Below the pieces are notes generated by a model. The model was not told where the DNA came from. It did not search any database and was given only the letters and a program-made list of their open reading frames with translations. This document shows, piece after piece, positions 23,101 to 33,700 of a stretch of DNA of 64,000 bases. The translations under genes and the position numbers were made by a program. The stretch lies in contig CATNEN010000001.1 of assembly GCA_950097015.1 (NCBI GenBank), forward strand, positions 1,488,001-1,552,000, in the 5' to 3' direction. This DNA is from Macrostomum hystrix (Eukaryota; Animalia; Platyhelminthes). Each line of letters opens with the position of its first letter. The first letter of the stretch is position 1.

Positions 23101-25905
23101 ACTTCAGGCCTGGTTCAGTATCTACTTCAGGCCTGGTTCAGTATCTTATCTACTTCAGGCCTAATTAACTATTTTTAGGAGCGATTAACACCTGACCACA
23201 GGCTAAAATTTTAATGATTACTAAATTACTTGCCAAAGTTTTCACGTCAGTGTAAATAAACAGTTAACATACATATTATCTATTGTCATAGAAACTAGAT
23301 ACTAATCTACTCGTAGTTTACTAAAATATTTCAAAGATTCCTCTAAAAATTGTGGCTGACAGGCTGACCAAAATACAAGGAGCGAAATAGCTAACACAAA
23401 TATTGAAAGGGGAGAAATTCGACCGCTGAAGATTCTCCTCTTAGAATGGGGATAATTAGTGACAGCAATAGTAGAGTTACCATGGCAGCAGATTCAGTTA
23501 AGAGAATATAGCCTAGACTTACTTAGCTTCAAAGTGACTTTTCGTGACTTACAAAATAGTTTAGAAAAACATGCTTCGAGAATAGCTAAAAACGGAACAG
23601 ACTTGATTAAGACTTCATTATTTTTCTAGCCTTTGTCCCTACCAGCATATAGGCTTTCCTGCGAATCGTTAAGGAACAATGTTTCAACTTACTTGCAAAC
23701 ATTTGGAGCCTCGCAGTATCCATTGGAACCGCAGTCCGGTTGACAGATGGCTGAAAAAATATTGAAAATATGTTACTAGATTGGACTTCAGATTTGGGCT
23801 ACTTTGGATTTAGTCTAACTGGGATTTTATCAAATAGGATTTCGTAAAATAGAGAATTGATCGAATAGGGATTCGGTACGAATGTTAATGAATTTTTTAG
23901 GAATTCGGATTTAGTCTGGTTGGGATTTTATCAAATAGGATTTCGTAAAATAGAGAATTGATCGAATAGCGATACGGTACGAATGTTAATGATTATTTTA
24001 GGAATTCGGATTTCGTCTAATTGGGATTTTATCAAATAGGATTTCGAAAAATAGAGAATTGATCGAATAGGGATTCGGTACGAATGTTAATGAATTTTTT
24101 AGGAATTCGGATTTAGTCTAACTGGGATTTTATCAAATAGGATTTCGTAAAATAGAGAATTGATCGAATAGGGATTCGGTACGAATGTTAATGAATTTTT
24201 TAGGAATTCGGATTTAGTCTAACTGGGATTTTATCAAATAGGATTTCGTAAAATAGAGAATTGATCGAATAGGGATTCGGTACGAATGTTAATGAATTTT
24301 TTAGGAATTCGGATTTAGTCTAATTGGGATTTTATCAAATAGGATTTCGTAAAATAGAGAATTGATCGAATAGGGATTCGGTACGAATGTTAATGAATTT
24401 TTTAGGAATTCGGATTTAGTCTGATTGGGATTTTATCAAATAGGATTTCGTAAAATAGAGAATTGATCGAATAGGGATTCGGTACGAATGTTAATGAATT
24501 TTTTAGGAATTCGGATTTAGTCTAATTGGGATTTTATCGAATTGTTATTTCGTCTACATGGGGAATTCTTGTAATTGAGACTTAGTCGAATTGAGATTTT
24601 ATCAAAATGGGATTTCTTGTAATTGAGATTTTATCCAATTGGGATTTTATCGAATTGGGATTCTATAAAAATGGGATCTCGTAGAGTAGGGACTTCTTAT
24701 CATTAGAATTTCGTAAAATATGTTTTTTATACAATCTACTTGTACATTATCGAATCGAGTGGGATTTTGTGAATTACAGATTTAACCTTTTTTAGAATTT
24801 GGAATTTCTTGAAGGAGGGATTCAATAACTTCACTAACCAAGTAGGTAACAATGGCCAGAACAGCAACAATTGATGAAATCAGCAGTCAAATTAAAGTTT
24901 AAATGACGATTCCCCCAAACTTACGCTGATGACATAACTCGCCTCTGTAACCTGGCTTGCAAACTATTCGGCCGCTTGGATCACACGAGAAGTGTCCCAC
25001 CTCGTCGTCTCTAGGCAAGCAATGGTTTTGACAAGAGGTGCCATAATAATGGGGCTTGCAGTGAATCCTATAGCTATAGACCAGTTCCACACCATCCATT
25101 CGCCACGACCGGTGGCTGGTCCAATTCTGGCTAGGTAAATATTCTGTCTCCACCGTGGCACCCTGGGCTATCAGACGGGCTGCAACAGGGTTTGAAGATG
25201 TCGTCTTTAAGAATATTTGTAAACAATGCTGTTAGATAACGGCAAGAGTAACTATACTTTTATTAGAATAGTCGGATGCTTCGCCATCTAATTTTTTATC
25301 TACTAGGACACGAAATTTTAAGTATTATGAATAAGTCAACTTACCATCAGAGAAGCTAAACTTTTCAGTAGTCGGCGAATGGAACAGCTGAACTATCACG
25401 CTGAACGGCTCATTGTTTGGCTGCAAAAGGTGAGAATTCGATTATTGAGACTCAAGAAGCCTAAGCCGATGATTTTTAAGGTGCCGTTAAGTCAGTTTCA
25501 ACATATACTCACACTCCAACTCTTGGGAGGTCCAAGGAAATCCACAGCATTCCCTAAGGTGTTGTGCCCAATCAGACTGGTGACATGGTAGGCAATATCG
25601 CATGTCCTGTTAGTTAGCGGCATGTGCCATTGCTGCTGCTGCTGCTGCTGCTGCTGCCGATACAGGTTATTAGCATTTTTCGAAGCATCTTTGCGCACAG
25701 TCAGGCAGATGATGGCAAACATGTTGCATTGGCCGTTGCAGCCACCTTCGCCGTCGCTGCCACTGCAGCAGCTGCCATCAGCCAGTCTGCCAAGTGTGTT
25801 GTTGAGCCGGCCCAGGTGCACTTCGATCTCCATCTTCAACGAGCTGCACAGGCATAGAGCCTTTATCGCGAGAAGCAAGGGGACGGCAATGGGAATAGCA
25901 GGCAT
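2128..25905 (-). CDS. Delta: Delta-class Notch ligand (signal peptide, MNNL/C2, DSL, 7 EGF repeats, TM, intracellular tail with PDZ-binding motif), 9 exons, ~732 aa
   Basis: Exons joined by hand, all GT-AG with matching phases: 25513-25905, 25345-25420, 24925-25179, 23693-23750, 21497-21633, 17601-17782, 15846-16119, 4994-5534, 2128-2410 (2199 nt). DSL motif 'YSYRIHCKPHYYGTSCQNHCLPRDDEVGHFSCDPSGRIVCKPGYRGELC'. EGF repeats e.g. '[32 protein letters not shown]'. TM 'GILATALLAACGVLLPLTAISLCLLA' followed by RRRR. C-terminus 'AYTEV*'. No vWF-C domain, so Delta rather than Serrate/Jagged. Confidence 0.93.
2505..3560. repeat. 28-bp minisatellite at the acceptor end of Delta intron 8 (AGATCTCCCACCTACTCATACTCCGCTT)
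   Basis: ~37 copies. Confidence 0.95.
4215..4912. repeat. 34-bp minisatellite at the donor end of Delta intron 8 (AGATCTAGGGTGAGATTGGGAGGCAGTAGATAGG)
   Basis: ~20 copies. Confidence 0.95.
5565..10074. repeat. 34-bp minisatellite with higher-order duplication (GGCTTTTAACACTGCTCAACTGTATTTTTAGGTT)
   Basis: ~132 copies ending ~30 bp from the exon-8 acceptor. Confidence 0.97.
10079..10385 (+). mobile_element. tRNA-derived SINE, family B
   Basis: A box TGGCAGAGCGG and B box-like GCTCGATTCC; body shared with 11290-11638 and 62692-62847. Confidence 0.75.
11290..11638 (-). mobile_element. tRNA-derived SINE, family B (inverted copy)
   Basis: Reverse complement of the 10079 copy, with ~33 bp that are absent from that copy. 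Confidence 0.75.
12325..13085. repeat. 130-bp x ~3 block followed by a 36-bp minisatellite (AATTATGATCCCAGTAGAGAAAATCAGGGGAATCCC)
   Basis: aattctattgatataagg at 12325, 12455 and 12585, then 36-bp periodicity. Confidence 0.9.
14660..15175. repeat. 33-bp minisatellite (CCTAGAAACTATAGCTATCTTCAATCAGTGATT)
   Basis: ~15 tandem copies near the donor end of Delta intron 7. Confidence 0.9.
15419..15773. mobile_element. Non-autonomous hAT (Charlie/Buster-type) element carrying a 16-bp minisatellite
   Basis: Ends CAGTGATTGCAAAACT...AGTTTGCCGACCCCTG, subterminal GGCCC/GCGGCCC motifs, and a near-perfect 8-bp TSD (cagtagcc / cattagcc). Confidence 0.8.
16260..17580. repeat. 30-bp minisatellite filling Delta intron 6 (AAATCCCATCACCCAGCTCTAATTCCATTA)
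   Basis: ~44 nearly identical copies. Confidence 0.97.
17812..18965. repeat. ~28-bp minisatellite (AAAACCCGAAATCTCACCCAAAGAAACT)
   Basis: Tandem copies ending ~30 bp from the exon-6 acceptor. Confidence 0.93.
19785..20120. repeat. ~14/28-bp degenerate minisatellite (ATCCCATCACTTCCAATCCGTCACTGTT)
   Basis: Tandem degenerate copies in the middle of intron 5. Confidence 0.8.
20955..21085 (+). mobile_element. Internally deleted, degenerate SINE family A copy
   Basis: gtcgggggttcgattcccgactccact...ttcagttcaccca..tgttaaatgg...gcaggtgtaataaattatta matches the 61944 copy. Confidence 0.65.
21700..23162. repeat. 23-bp minisatellite (CAGTATCCACTTCAGGTCTGGTT)
   Basis: ~63 copies in Delta intron 4. Confidence 0.95.
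23805..24680. repeat. 101-bp tandem repeat (~7 copies) built from ~20-bp GGGATTTT subunits, with a degenerate tail
   Basis: ggatttagtct recurs every 101 bp from 23806 to ~24513. Confidence 0.9.
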
Positions 25906-26989
25906 TGATTAGAAAAAGCTGAAGCACTGCACAATAATGAGCTAATAAACCAGAGCTCTATGGCTATCTTTAGATGACTTCTGCTATGCTTTTGCTGTCT
26001 CTGTGCTTTGTTTTTTTAATCTAAATATATCGCCAATCTCAATGCGAAGCCTGTTTTTGTCTTGCGTGAACTTTAAATCTAAATCTAGCTTGTTTGTGCC
26101 GTGCTTGCGCTTCGGCGTGATCGCGGGTGAGAGTTAAATAGAGTTTAGGGCTCTAAAAATGTAATAATAAACACTTAAATGTACATTCGCAGATGTACAT
26201 CTATTTTCCCGGGTTCCAAACTTAATGGCGTGCGAACGAGGGTCCAGCTAAAAAACCCCTTACCCTACTCGGGGTTCGCCACACGATAAAAAATAAATTA
26301 ATCTAAATGGTCTCTCGCGAAACAGGGAAGGGGCCATGCAGCGCCCCTTCTTAATAAATCAACACCCCAAATATCCGCCTCACAAAACGACATCGCCTAT
26401 CGCGCCCCCTTTTTAAAAATAGGGTTGTAAAACTGAGACCTAATACAAAAATTATTTTATAATCAGCGAGATATAGCAAATACACCCAAACCCCCATTCG
26501 ATTTATTAATGTTTCATACTACAGTTCCAGTAGGTATAAAAACTTCAAAGCATCCCGATTAATATTTTTTCAATCTAACAATTTTAAATATTGGTAAATA
26601 TATTGTCCCTCCAACCCAATACAAAAGAAGTATAACATATTATACTAGTACATGCGTGAATTGTATGAGAGTAACAAAATAATACTTTGAGCGAGAACTA
26701 ACACACTTCATAACCATAGCTTAGAGTACAAAAGTGTTGCAGTTTCAGTTGTTGATGTTTCAGTTTCAGTTGCAGACTCTTAACTTTAAATAGACTTCAT
26801 TCTTCTTCATAATTTCTTTGCTTCTATGAAACTTCGGCATTTATCTATCAATACTATCCTTTATTACAAAACAATTGCGCTTGCAATACACGGTTTATTT
26901 AACAGACATTGAAAGCAATTGTTAAGGCACTATGATAAAAAGTGAAAAAGAATCATACCTGTAACAAGCACAAGACGATGTTTAAGCTT

Positions 26990-27245
26990 CGCATTGGGCT
27001 CAGACGAAGATTGCGCATGCCGAGTCCGAATGTCGAATTAGGTGTTTTTGAAATGAGGCCTACCTCGTCTATCAGTAAGGCCTGAAGTCTAAACATTTAG
27101 ACGCGAGCGGGGAGAGGGGAGGGTCGGCGGGCACCCACCCCCTCCGCCAGAGCGCCAACCCCAGGAAGCCACTAGGGTTCATTGGGCCGCCACCAATTCT
27201 TGCAGGCCAATCCGAGAGCGACAGACCCCGCGACAGACCTCGTCA
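26990..27245. promoter_or_regulatory. GC-rich promoter/enhancer-like island upstream of Delta
   Basis: Local GC/CpG rise with several CCAAT/ATTGG boxes, GC boxes and TGCGCATGC, ~1.1-1.3 kb upstream of the Delta ATG. Confidence 0.4.
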
Positions 27246-27667
27246 ATACATTGTGCTAATGAGACATGTCATTATCCATATCCTTTCGCTCCCTTTAATC
27301 ATCATTTTACACATTCTAATTTTTGATAACTTGGCATCGGTCATATCTAACGAACCGCCCACTTGCACACTTTTTGAAAGTCCTATATTATTTCATTCAA
27401 ACACACCCCCGCAATAGATGATAAAACCCGACCTATATTCAATTGTTCGTTCATTGTTGTACCTTGAAAAAGCTTCTCAGCAATCCAGGGGCCGCTAGCT
27501 ACGAGTATACGTAACCATGGCATAAGCACAGAGGGCGTGAAGTTTCCGTGCTCTTTTTCAATAGTCTTAAAGTTTAATAATGCTATTTATTGCAACCGAT
27601 TGTGTATCATTGTACTATAAGTAGCGTGCAGCAACGTGCTTTCTACTCTCACTAGACGACTTAAAGT

Positions 27668-28812
27668 GATGGACTGACTGAATTCCTGCTGATGGACTGA
27701 CTGAATTCATGCTGAAGGAGTGACTGAATCCATGCTGATTGAGTGACTGAATCCATGCTGATTGAGTGACTGAATCCATGCTGATTGAGTGACTGAATCC
27801 ATGCTGATTGAGTGACTGAATTCATGCTGATTGAGTGACTGAATTCATGCTGATTGAGTGACTGAATCCATGCTGATTGAGTGACTGAATCCATGCTGAT
27901 TGAGTGACTGAATTCATGCTGATTGAGTGACTGAATTCATGCTGATTGAGTGACTGAATCCATGCTGATTGAGTGACTGAATCCATGCTGATTGAGTGAC
28001 TGAATCCATGCTGATTGAGTGACTGAATCCATGCTGATTGAGTGACTGAATTCATGCTGATTGAGTGACTGAATTCATGCTGATTGAGTGACTGAATTCA
28101 TGCTGATTGAGTGACTGAATTCATGCTGATTGAGTGACTGAATTCATGCTGATTGAGTGACTGAATTCATGCTGATTGAGTGACTGAATTCATGCTGATT
28201 GAGTGACTGAATTCATGCTGATTGAGTGACTGAATCCATGCTGATTGAGTGACTGAATTCATGCTGATTGAGTGACTGAATCCATGCTGATTGAGTGACT
28301 GAATTCATGCTGATTGAGTGACTGAATTCATGCTGATTGAGTGACTGAATTCATGCTGATTGAGTGACTGAATTCATGCTGATTGAGTGACTGAATTCAT
28401 GCTGATTGAGTGACTGAATTCATGCTGATTGAGTGACTGAATCCATGCTGATTGAGTGACTGAATTCATGCTGATTGAGTGACTGAATCCATGCTGATTG
28501 AGTGACTGAATTCATGCTGATTGAGTGACTGAATCCATGCTGAAGGAGTGACTGAATCCACATTAAAGGAGTGACTGAATTCATGCTGATTGAGTGACTG
28601 AATCCACATTAAAGGAGTGACTGAATTCATGCTGATTGAGTGACTGAATTCATGCTGATTGAGTGACTGAATCCATGCTGAAGGAGTGACTGAATCCATG
28701 CTGAAGGAGTGACTGAATCCATGCTGATTGAGTGACTGAATCCATGCTGATTGAGTGACTGAATCCATGCTGATTGAGTGACTGAATCCATGCTGATTGA
28801 GTGACTGAATCC
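27668..28812. repeat. 23-bp minisatellite (GACTGAATCCATGCTGATTGAGT)
   Basis: ~50 copies between the Delta upstream region and the centrosomin-like 3' end. Confidence 0.95.
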
Positions 28813-29562
28813 TCCTTATATGAATAAGTAAGTAAGAGACAGTGAACAAAGCTATTTATTATGCGACTTATTTAGAGAGTAGGAAAATAAATATTACGAT
28901 TCGCAATTAAACAAAATTAATTGGCAAATTATAGTTTATTTGTTAGTTTAAATTGTAGGGTCACTCGGTGTTTAAAAATGCGAAAATCGACTTGAAATTA
29001 AGTGAAATCGATTTTATTTGCTATATAAAAATTAAATAAAAAAAAGAAAAAAATGCAAAGTTACTTATTGTTTTAATACATAGGTGAGCTATTTTATGAG
29101 TAAAAAACTGGGTATAAAATAGACATGGTTTATAAGATGACATTTTTTAACAGGAGACATTCTAGCATTGGAATAGGCGACAGGTTACACACGCACAAGA
29201 TAATTGAACCACAACATTTAAGCTAAATAATTGCTTAATTGCCGCAGTGACAGCTAGTAGCGAATTTGAGCTGCCATATAAATTGTGCAATAGTTATGCA
29301 GTTAATTGAGCAATATGGGTACATTAATGCAAAAAATGCACACGAAAAAAATTGTAATAAGTTGCAAAATATTGGCCTTTAAATGCCTGGCTTCTTCGAT
29401 TCAGATTCAGCTGAGGGAACTTAAGACAAGAAAAAAGCATAGCAACAAAGGAGGCAGCACCGTTTAATATTGAGCATTGTGGTTTTAATACGGGAAAACT
29501 AAATATATAAATGGATTTATTTATCCTAAGCAGTCTGATCTCAATCCCAAAATATAGATAAT

Positions 29563-30540
29563 ATTCGAAATCTAACAGGTAAGATTTGAAGCCTAACAGG
29601 TAAGATTCGAAATCTAACAGGTAAGATTCGTAATCTAACAGGTAAGATTCGAAATCTAACAGGTAAGATTCAAAACCTAACAGGTAAGATTCGAAGCCTA
29701 ACAGGTAAGATTCGAAGCCTAACAGGTAAGATTCGAAATCTAACAGGTAAGATTCGAAGCCTAACAGGTAAGATTCGAAATCTAACAGGTAAGATTCAAA
29801 ACCTAACAGGTAAGATTCGAAGCCTAACAGGTAAGATTCGAAGCCTAACAGGTAAGATTCGAAATCTAACAGGTAAGATTCGAAATCTAACAGGTAAGAT
29901 TCGAAGCCTAACAGGTATAATTCGAAATCGAACAGGTAAGATTCGAAGCCTAACAGGTAAGATTCGAAATCTAACAGGTAAGATTCAAAACCTAACAGGT
30001 ATAATTCGAAATCGAACAGGTAAGATTCGAAGCCTAACAGGTAAGATTCGAAATCTAACAGGTAAGATTCGAAGCCTAACAGGTAAGATTCGAAGCCTAA
30101 CAGGTAAGATTCGAAGCCTAACAGGTAAGATTCGAAATCTAACAGGTAAGATTCGAAATCTAACAGGTAAGATTCGAAGCCTAACAGGTATAATTCGAAA
30201 TCGAACAGGTAAGATTCGAAGCCTAACAGGTAAGATTCGAAATCTAACAGGTAAGATTCAAAACCTAACAGGTATAATTCGAAATCGAACAGGTAAGATT
30301 CGAAGCCTAACAGGTAAGATTCGAAATCTAACAGGTAAGATTCGAAGCCTAACAGGTAAGATTCGAAGCCTAACAGGTAAGATTCGAAGCCTAACAGGTA
30401 AGATTCGAAATCTAACAGGTAAGATTCGAAGCCTAAAAGGTAAGATTCGAAGCCTAACAGGTAAGATTCGAAATCTAACAGGTAAGATTCGAAGCCTAAC
30501 AGGTAAGATTCGAAGCCTAACAGGTAAGATTCGAAATCGA
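29563..30540. repeat. 21-bp minisatellite (CTAACAGGTAAGATTCGAAGC)
   Basis: ~46 copies starting ~165 bp after the centrosomin-like stop codon. Confidence 0.95.
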
Positions 30541-30704
30541 AGAGTCGAAACCTGTTAGGTTTCGAATCGAACAATATTAAATCTAAATTAAACCGGTGAA
30601 GATTATAAATATTGTTGATGAAAAAAGTCCCAATATAACGGGTATAAAATAAAATCACTACAGAAATTTGCTGCTTTAACGTTGGATACAAAGTGAATTG
30701 GTTT

Positions 30705-33700
30705 TCAAAGCGAAGCATTGTGCTGCTGCTGCTGGAACTCGGCCAACAGTAAATGCTCCTTAGCCCTAGCCAGTAGATTCTCAGTAGCGCTCAATCGATC
30801 GGAGAATGCCGCAGCGTCGCCAACTGGAATCGGTACAGGCAGACGGCTGCTGATGGCGGCCACGCGTCGGCCAAGATTGCGAGACTCGGCTCTGGCAGCT
30901 TCCAGGCGAGCATTGGCCGCCAAGCCGTCTCCTTTGCTATCGTTAACAGCCGAGTTATTGTTGTCGTTGCAGCTATGGTTGTTGCCCGGGCGCTGCAGAA
31001 TGAAGCCCTTAGTCAGGATGGAAGCGGCGGCGTGGGCGCATCGGGCTGCCACGGCCAGCTCCCGGCGAAGCTGACGCGACACGCTGGGCGAGGGCGAAGA
31101 AGTCGACGACTGCTCGCCGCCGACAATGTTAACAGCTTGGTCGACTGTACGGCGACATTCGGCAACTTCTAGGCGAAGCAGTTCTAGACTGTCTAGACGA
31201 CAGATGGCGTGCTGCGGATCTGGCAGGGCGACTGGGGAAGATTTAGGGGGGGAGAACTTAGGGATTTGACGTGAAATATGAAATATGAAATATGAAATAG
31301 GAAGAATCTAAAACTCACAACGGGGTTGTAATTGAAGGTCGGGGGTTCGATTCTTGGCTTCACGGGACCCTATAGTTGATTACACCTGCCTCAATTGGGT
31401 CAGATGTGCTGCCGACAGCACAGCTGTTCAGTCCATGGACTGGGAAGATCCAGATGGACAGTCCATGGCCACACCCACCCTCAATTACCCCAGCTGATGC
31501 TTATACCCATTTAACAGCTGGTTGAACTGAAACAATGCTGAGTTAGGTGTCTTGCTAAAGGACACAAATTGTTCCAGTGGAGTTGGGAATCGAACCACCG
31601 ACCTTTTAGTCATGAATCCGACGCGACTACGTGAATAGGTACCAACATTTAGGGTTAGTGTAGCATCCATCCAGTCCATGGACTGAACAGCCGTACGCAG
31701 CCTTCAGAAGATCTAGAACTCACATTCAGCAGTTTTAATTGCATCATTCTCCTTTGTCAGCTGTTCAACTCGACGCCGAAGGCTGGACAATTCGTCCGCC
31801 CGACTGTCGACTTCGGCCAGTCGGCCGGCCAGCTGACGCGATTCGGCTAGCGAGTCGGCCAGCCTGTTGCGCAGATGGCGCAGGTCGCGCAGCGCCCGCC
31901 GAAGCTCCCTGGCCAGGGCTGTCGGCCCGGAGCAGTCGGCCGAAGCCGAAGCCGCCCCGGCAGCCAGATTTACAGAAGGCGCAGCGAAGCCACAGTTGGA
32001 CACTCTGGCTAGGGCGTCGTGCAGAGTCATCTCGGCCTGGATGACCTCCGGCCAGGCGGCTGCGGCGGCCACCGCGGCGGCAGCGGCGGACATTGCGGCG
32101 GCTTCGCCGGTGGCCGGTGACGGACTGCAGGCGCGGGCAGCCTCCAGCGGGGTGCCAGCCACCGAGCCAGTCGCCGTGGTCGTATTGGCGGCTGTCGAAT
32201 TGCCGGATGATCGATTAGTCGACGACAGCGAAGCGTCGACCATGTCGTCAAAGTCGCCGGCGGAAACGACGGAGGCGGTGGCGGCGGCAGCGTCGGCAGC
32301 GACGGTCGGATGAGGGGCGCCGAGGCGGGAGATGTAGCACAGCAGTTTCTCAGTAAGAGCTGTCTTGTCTTCGATTTCTAGCTTAGTACTGAAAGCATGA
32401 GGAGCATGAGATTTTTTGCAATTTCTAATGATATGAATCTAGAACGATATGTGACCATTCTAAGAAGCATATTTATAGAGATGACGATTCTAAGAATCAT
32501 ATTGATCGAGATGATCATTTTAAGAACCATATTGACCACGATGACCATTTTAAGAATCATATTGATCACGATGACCATTCTAAGAATCATATTGATCACG
32601 ATGACCATTCTAAGAATCATATTGATCATGATGACCATTCTAAGAATCATATTGATGAAGAAGACCATTCTAAGAATCATATTGATCAAGAAGACCATTC
32701 TAAGAATCATATTGATCACGATGACCATTCTAAGAATCATATTGATCACGATGACCATTCTAAGAATCATATTGATCATGATGACCATTCTAAGAATCAT
32801 ATTGATGAAGAAGACCATTCTAAGAATCATATTGATCAAGAAGACCATTCTAAGAATCATATTGATCAAGAAGACCATTCTAAGAATCATATTGATCAAG
32901 AAGACTATTCTAAGAAACATATTGACCACGATGACCATTACGAGTATAAAAATCCTATACGAGTATAAGAATCCTACTGATCGCGATGACTATTCTAAGA
33001 AACATATTGATCAATAAGACTATTCTAAGAATCAAATTGATCAATAAGACTATTCTAAGAATCATATTGATCAAGAAGACCATTCTAAGAATCATATTGA
33101 TCAAGAAGACCATTCTAAGAATCATATTGATCACGATGATCATTTTAAGAATCAAGTTGATCGAGATGATCATTTTAAGAATCATATTGATTACGATTAT
33201 CATTTTAAGAATCACATTGATCAAGAAGACCATTCTAAGAATCATATTTATCAAGAAGACCATTCTAAGAATCATATTGATCACGATGATCATTTTAAGA
33301 ATCAAGTTGATCGAGATGATCATTTTAAGAATCATATTGAACACGATGACCATTTTAAGAATCATATTGATTACGATTATCATTTTAAGAATCACATTGA
33401 TCAAGAAGACCATTCTAAGAATCATATTTATCAAGAAGACCATTCTAAGAATCAAATTGATCAATAAGACTATTCTAAGAATCAAATTGATCAAGAAGAC
33501 CATTCTAAGAATCATATTGATCAAGAAGACTATTCTAAGAATCAAATTGATCAAGAAGACTATTCTAAGAATCAAATTGATCAAGAAGACTATTCTAAGA
33601 ATCACATTGATCAAGAAGACAATTCTAAGAATCACATTGATCAAGAAGACCATTCTAAGAATCACATTGATCAAGAAGACTATTCTAAGAATCAAATTGA

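Noticed and set aside
21529-23178. ORFs across the 23-bp array
   Set aside because: Repeat artefacts antisense to Delta intron 4.
2128-25905. Serrate/Jagged identity for the Notch ligand
   Set aside because: Only 7 EGF repeats and no cysteine-rich vWF-C domain before the TM segment.
29324-30718. 464-aa FESYLLG-repeat ORF
   Set aside because: 21-bp minisatellite after the centrosomin-like stop codon.
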